10,777 nt of DNA from Candidatus Thorarchaeota archaeon SMTZ1-45 (lineage in GTDB: Archaea > Asgardarchaeota > Thorarchaeia > Thorarchaeales > Thorarchaeaceae). Position 1 is the stretch's first letter. Every line of letters begins with the position of its first letter. Location of the stretch: assembly GCA_001563335.1 (NCBI GenBank), contig LRSL01000108.1, positions 1 through 10,777 of the forward strand, written 5' to 3'. Shown in pieces: positions 7,521 to 10,777 of this stretch. The translations under genes and the position numbers were made by a program. The notes under the pieces are model-generated. The model did not search any database. It had not been told where the DNA came from and saw only the letters and a list, made by a program, of their open reading frames with translations.

Positions 7521-7745
7521 GGCCGTCGAGGAGTTCGCTCACGACAAGTGTACTCGGTCGATTCATGTTGAGTGACGCCATCGAGATGGTCCAAAGATGG
7601 CGAGGCGAAAAAAACAACATGAAGGACTGACCAGCGATTGACAAGACTGAGCAATTCGTACCTATCAATGGGTGCATGTTGTGCCCAAGACAGTCTTGAA
7701 ATTCAGGTAATCATTGGACATTGTCGAGGCTTAGACTCGGCGGCC
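7521..7745 (+). ncRNA. Putative structured non-coding RNA (~225 nt, Y-shaped), family unassigned
   Basis: Nested helices found by eye: 7521-7530/7736-7745, 7542-7551/7718-7726, 7554-7559/7625-7630, 7562-7570/7615-7623, 7576-7582/7596-7602, 7631-7640/7708-7717, 7642-7649/7691-7698, 7658-7664/7669-7675. G-U pairs favour the + strand. The segment is GC-richer than its flanks, with a TATA box upstream and T-rich sequence downstream. Confidence 0.75.
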
Positions 7746-7879
7746 CTCTTGCGTTTTGGCAGTTTATGGGTTCGTATTTTATCTATGCAATACACTCTGA
7801 AGTTGACCAACAAAATTTTCAGCCAAAATTCTTAGATTTGGAAAAACTAAAACGCTTGAATAACAAATATGACTGAACT

Positions 7880-8185
7880 ATGATGTCAGAAGAAGAAGAG
7901 ATTGACAAAATTAGAGATGTCGCAAGTCAAATCTATGATGCGATATTCGAAGGACTGGATGCTGTTGAGATAGAAGGCGAAATCTACGCTATTACTCAGA
8001 CATCACGCAGCAAAGTCAAACTTGTTGAGAGAGATGGTTACACCTACATCCAACAAAATCCACATAAAGACTCCAGATGGGCGAAACTTGCACGAGAAGG
8101 ACATCAGATCATGTGGGTGATGCAGGGGAGAAAATACCTTGCACAAATTAAGGATGGCAAATTCTTGAACTTAAAAAGAAAGTGA
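7880..8185 (+). CDS. Small hypothetical protein with an IQQNPHKDSRWAKLAREGHQIM motif
   Basis: Clean 101-aa ORF with an acidic N-terminus and basic C-terminus. The motif looks like a conserved family of unknown function. Start could be 7880 or 7883. Confidence 0.8.
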   Translation: MMSEEEEIDKIRDVASQIYDAIFEGLDAVEIEGEIYAITQTSRSKVKLVERDGYTYIQQNPHKDSRWAKLAREGHQIMWVMQGRKYLAQIKDGKFLNLKRK

Positions 8186-8187
8186 TA

Positions 8188-8907
8188 CTACCTTTTTGCT
8201 TTCTTTCTTAGGACTCCCACATAGTACTCTGGTTCTCCGATGGTCCTTTCTAGAAACCACCCCGCCTTATCTGCAATCTCCGTCATTTCATCCCTATTAC
8301 TGAGTAGTATATACCACCAATCATCAACTTCACCTTTGTATCTGTTTCTGAGTTTCACAAGACCTATTGGTTTTCCTTCAGCCCTATTCTTTGCATGATA
8401 CTTGAAGTGAATCTCATTATCGGTTGCTTCAGGATCCCTTGATGCCGCTAGGACCTTTGCCTCTTCACAGGTGATTTCATGAAAGCCCTCCAACATTCTT
8501 ACAACATCTTTAGACTCTCCCATTATCCCAAAGTTATTCCCAAATAGAATAACTGTCTTGAAGTCCTTTCTATGTAGTTCTATTTTGTCTGCGGACATCA
8601 AATAGACATTCTCATGACCTCGCTTATGACACATTTCTACAGCTAGAGGTGACAGGTCAATCCCATAATACTCCATCCCCTTTTCCTTGACATAATCCCC
8701 CACTCGTCCAACACCACATCCCACATCTAACACAGGATCTTCAATCTCTAGAGCAGCAAGTTTCTCTGAATCTCTCCACTCCTCATAGGGTGCAATGTAA
8801 TGACGACCTGATGTGTGTCTGATAAAACCGTCATCTCTCTCAATAAAATAATCTGCATCCTCTCCTTCAATAGCATCCTTCATGAATCTTCCAAATGTAT
8901 CTACCAT
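8188..8907 (-). CDS. Class I SAM-dependent methyltransferase
   Basis: Motifs VLDVGCGVG, GIDLSP and FKTVILFGNNFG, with N-terminal DTFG...IERDDG. Start placed at ATG 8907 (MVDTFG) rather than 8973. Confidence 0.9.
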   Translation of the reverse strand: MVDTFGRFMKDAIEGEDADYFIERDDGFIRHTSGRHYIAPYEEWRDSEKLAALEIEDPVLDVGCGVGRVGDYVKEKGMEYYGIDLSPLAVEMCHKRGHENVYLMSADKIELHRKDFKTVILFGNNFGIMGESKDVVRMLEGFHEITCEEAKVLAASRDPEATDNEIHFKYHAKNRAEGKPIGLVKLRNRYKGEVDDWWYILLSNRDEMTEIADKAGWFLERTIGEPEYYVGVLRKKAKR

Positions 8908-9026
8908 AAGTACGCAACCCTTGCGTCTTATCAAAAATCTTTCTAACGCTGATGACACAACTTCCAAGAACATTGGTCATTAGACTCATATGATATTGAT
9001 TATTGCATAGTTGCATAGGTGTGTAA

Positions 9027-9641
9027 TTGTCGTTAGCTTGGCTCAATTTGATATTGCTTCTATTATCTAGTATCATCTGTTGGTTCTTCTATATCCAAAG
9101 TGCAATGCCAGCGATAAGAGCTGAGAAGTATGGCGAGAAAGCGTGGGATGATTGCAAGAAATACAGAAGAATTGCTAGTTTCTTTATGCTTATTCTTATT
9201 GCCAATATCACTTTGTGGATTTGGATTCCTGTACCAGAGTTGAGTTGGAATATCCACTCAAATCCTCTGATTCCTCAACTCTTAGGAATAGCAATAGCAA
9301 TCCCTTTCAGCATAATCCTAGCTTTTGCACTCAAAGATGCTGGCAGAGAAACTTTCGAACCAAAACAAGATACTGAGCTTTATGATGGTATATATAATTA
9401 TATTCGGCATCCACAACTTCTGGGACGAACAGGACTCACAATAGTACTCACACTATGGTTAAACTCGATATTTCTTCTCATCTTCGCCACTATTTTCTTA
9501 GGGATTTTTGTTCCAACAATAATCTATTTTGAAGAGAAGGATCTCATCAAGAGGTTTGGAGATTCATATATTAAATATAGAGAACGGACAGGAGCCATAT
9601 TCCCGAAACTACATAGAAGTAATGAATTTCATTCTTGGTAA
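9027..9641 (+). CDS. Isoprenylcysteine carboxyl methyltransferase / phospholipid methyltransferase (ICMT/PEMT) family membrane protein
   Basis: GIYNYIRHPQ and EEKDLIKRFGDSYIKYRERTGAIFP motifs, several TM helices, TTG start with an AGGTG RBS (9017-9021). Confidence 0.88.
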   Translation: MSLAWLNLILLLLSSIICWFFYIQSAMPAIRAEKYGEKAWDDCKKYRRIASFFMLILIANITLWIWIPVPELSWNIHSNPLIPQLLGIAIAIPFSIILAFALKDAGRETFEPKQDTELYDGIYNYIRHPQLLGRTGLTIVLTLWLNSIFLLIFATIFLGIFVPTIIYFEEKDLIKRFGDSYIKYRERTGAIFPKLHRSNEFHSW

Positions 9642-9775
9642 CTTTAGACTGGTTAAGCATGAAGTCACATGATGCGACCTCATTTAGTGACCCCCTATTG
9701 TGCCTTTCCATTATATACTGAATTCTTACTCAGTTGCGATGTTTATTATAGATAGTATGAAGGGAAGTAGCACCG

Positions 9776-10777
9776 ATGAGTAGGACTTCAAACTTTATGG
9801 GCTTTTCCGAAGCCGATGAAAAGGCACTGCACTTAGGCAGAGTACTGATGATACTCCTTCCCACAGCGAACATCATCTTTACACTCAGTACAACTTTCTA
9901 TATGATATTCATTGCAGAAGCACTTGGCGGTGGAGATTACATCGAAGGACTTGGTCTTCTTGGAATACTCATAGCAATTGAGATGATTACCCAAACGATT
10001 CTTGACTATCCCAGCGGAGCACTTGGAGATGCCATTGGTCAACGTTACGTGATTGCGATAGGTAATTCCCTATACGCTGTTGTATTCTTCATGGTTTCCT
10101 TTGTCACATCTGCAACTCCTTTCTATTATCTTGTACTCATCTACATGCTTCAGGGTCTAGCTCAGTCTCAAATAAGTGGGGCATGGGGTGCATGGTTTGA
10201 CAATAATTATCGCGTAGCTATGCCGCATGACACTGAGAGAAAGCAGTACGGAGTCTTTTGGGGGCGAATGGGAATGATCTCCCAGATTGCAGCAACGATT
10301 TCACTTATTCCAGGAGCAGTGCTAGCGACTGTCTTTAACAGACCATTCGTCTTCCAAATAGAAGCTGTAGGTGCGGTAATCTTCGCGTTGTTGGTCATGC
10401 GATACATTCGAGATTTCCCAGAAGTCGAGGCGATGAGAAATGAACGACCCTCAATGAGTGAATACACAGCTCTATTGAAGGAAGGAGTCAGCTACCTGTG
10501 GCGTACTCCATTTGTCAAGTACCTATGTATTGGTTCTATGCTAACAGCCAGTACAATTACAGTTTGGGGTAACTTGATTCTCTTTCCGCTCTATTTCAGT
10601 TACCTGATTACCGATGTGGCAGTTGCTTCCTATCGTACAATTGCATTCATTCCCGGAGTTGCAGCTATCGAGCGTTCAGGAGTTTGGTCTCAGAAATTTG
10701 AACCAAAGAAATGGATTCCTATATTCAGACTTCTACAAGCATGTGGTTTTGTGTTATACATCATTTTGGCGGCTATG
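9776..10777 (+). CDS. MFS transporter (3'-truncated by the window edge; absent from the ORF track)
   Basis: Open frame from ATG 9776 to the window end: MSRTSNFMGFSEADEKALHLGRVLMILL...LDYPSGALGDAIGQRYVIAIG (MFS motif A)...QGLAQSQISGAWGAWFDNNY..., with multiple TM helices. Confidence 0.9.
   Translation, partial: MSRTSNFMGFSEADEKALHLGRVLMILLPTANIIFTLSTTFYMIFIAEALGGGDYIEGLGLLGILIAIEMITQTILDYPSGALGDAIGQRYVIAIGNSLYAVVFFMVSFVTSATPFYYLVLIYMLQGLAQSQISGAWGAWFDNNYRVAMPHDTERKQYGVFWGRMGMISQIAATISLIPGAVLATVFNRPFVFQIEAVGAVIFALLVMRYIRDFPEVEAMRNERPSMSEYTALLKEGVSYLWRTPFVKYLCIGSMLTASTITVWGNLILFPLYFSYLITDVAVASYRTIAFIPGVAAIERSGVWSQKFEPKKWIPIFRLLQACGFVLYIILAAM

Noticed and set aside
7521-7745. RNase P RNA (GAGGAGUUCG resembles CR-I; ACA...GAGGCUUA resembles CR-V)
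   Set aside because: There is no room for P2/P3 between the closing stem and the CR-I-like words, and a P4 helix with the bulged U cannot be built cleanly. A cmsearch with archaeal RNase P and MRP models is still worth running.
7521-7745. SRP RNA, expanded 5S rRNA, tmRNA, tRNA, SECIS or hammerhead ribozyme
   Set aside because: It has no SRP helix-8 GNRA/CAGG-AGCA motif, no 5S CCGAAC loop, no T-loop/CCA end and no CUGANGA core. The GUGA...GA at 7572-7603 is out of register for a SECIS quartet and there is no upstream selenoprotein gene.
7521-7745. MITE or IS remnant with terminal inverted repeats
   Set aside because: No target-site duplication in the flanks (TACA vs CTCT), no transposase in the window, and mismatches are G-U compatible with nested internal helices, which suggests RNA-level structure.
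7492-7835. ORFs 7492-7677 (-), 7638-7835 (+) and a 21-codon ORF at 7565-7630
   Set aside because: They are short, have no recognisable motif or clear RBS, and overlap the structured segment and its promoter.
8867-10467. Minus-strand ORFs 8867-9076, 9063-9257, 9833-10042 and 10207-10467
   Set aside because: They are antisense to the ICMT-family gene and the MFS transporter, which explain these regions.
1-10777. CRISPR array or other long repeat arrays
   Set aside because: No regularly spaced direct repeats were seen by eye, and there are no cas-like genes.

Overview
This is an AT-rich, densely coding window that looks archaeal: GGTG/GGAG-type ribosome-binding sites, TTTATA boxes and archaeal-type hypothetical families. 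An Asgard/Thorarchaeia-like origin is my inference only. It holds about 14 protein genes: an SDR oxidoreductase, a TauE/SafE exporter, a winged-helix protein with two TM helices, a PadR-like regulator fused to a degenerate methyltransferase domain, a small Zn-ribbon protein, CorA, an EamA transporter, a Cys-rich membrane protein, a PD-(D/E)XK-like protein, a 101-aa hypothetical, a class I methyltransferase, an ICMT/PEMT-family protein and two edge-truncated membrane proteins (one an MFS transporter missing from the ORF track). The standout is the ~500-bp gap at 7381-7879. It contains a 225-nt segment (7521-7745) that folds by eye into a Y-shaped RNA with a 10-bp closing stem and a tight three-way junction. 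A TATA box lies at canonical distance upstream, and a perfect 16-bp palindrome sits between the two. I cannot match it to tRNA, 5S, SRP, RNase P, tmRNA or a known ribozyme, so it is a candidate unannotated ncRNA, lying head-to-head with a nuclease-fold gene.
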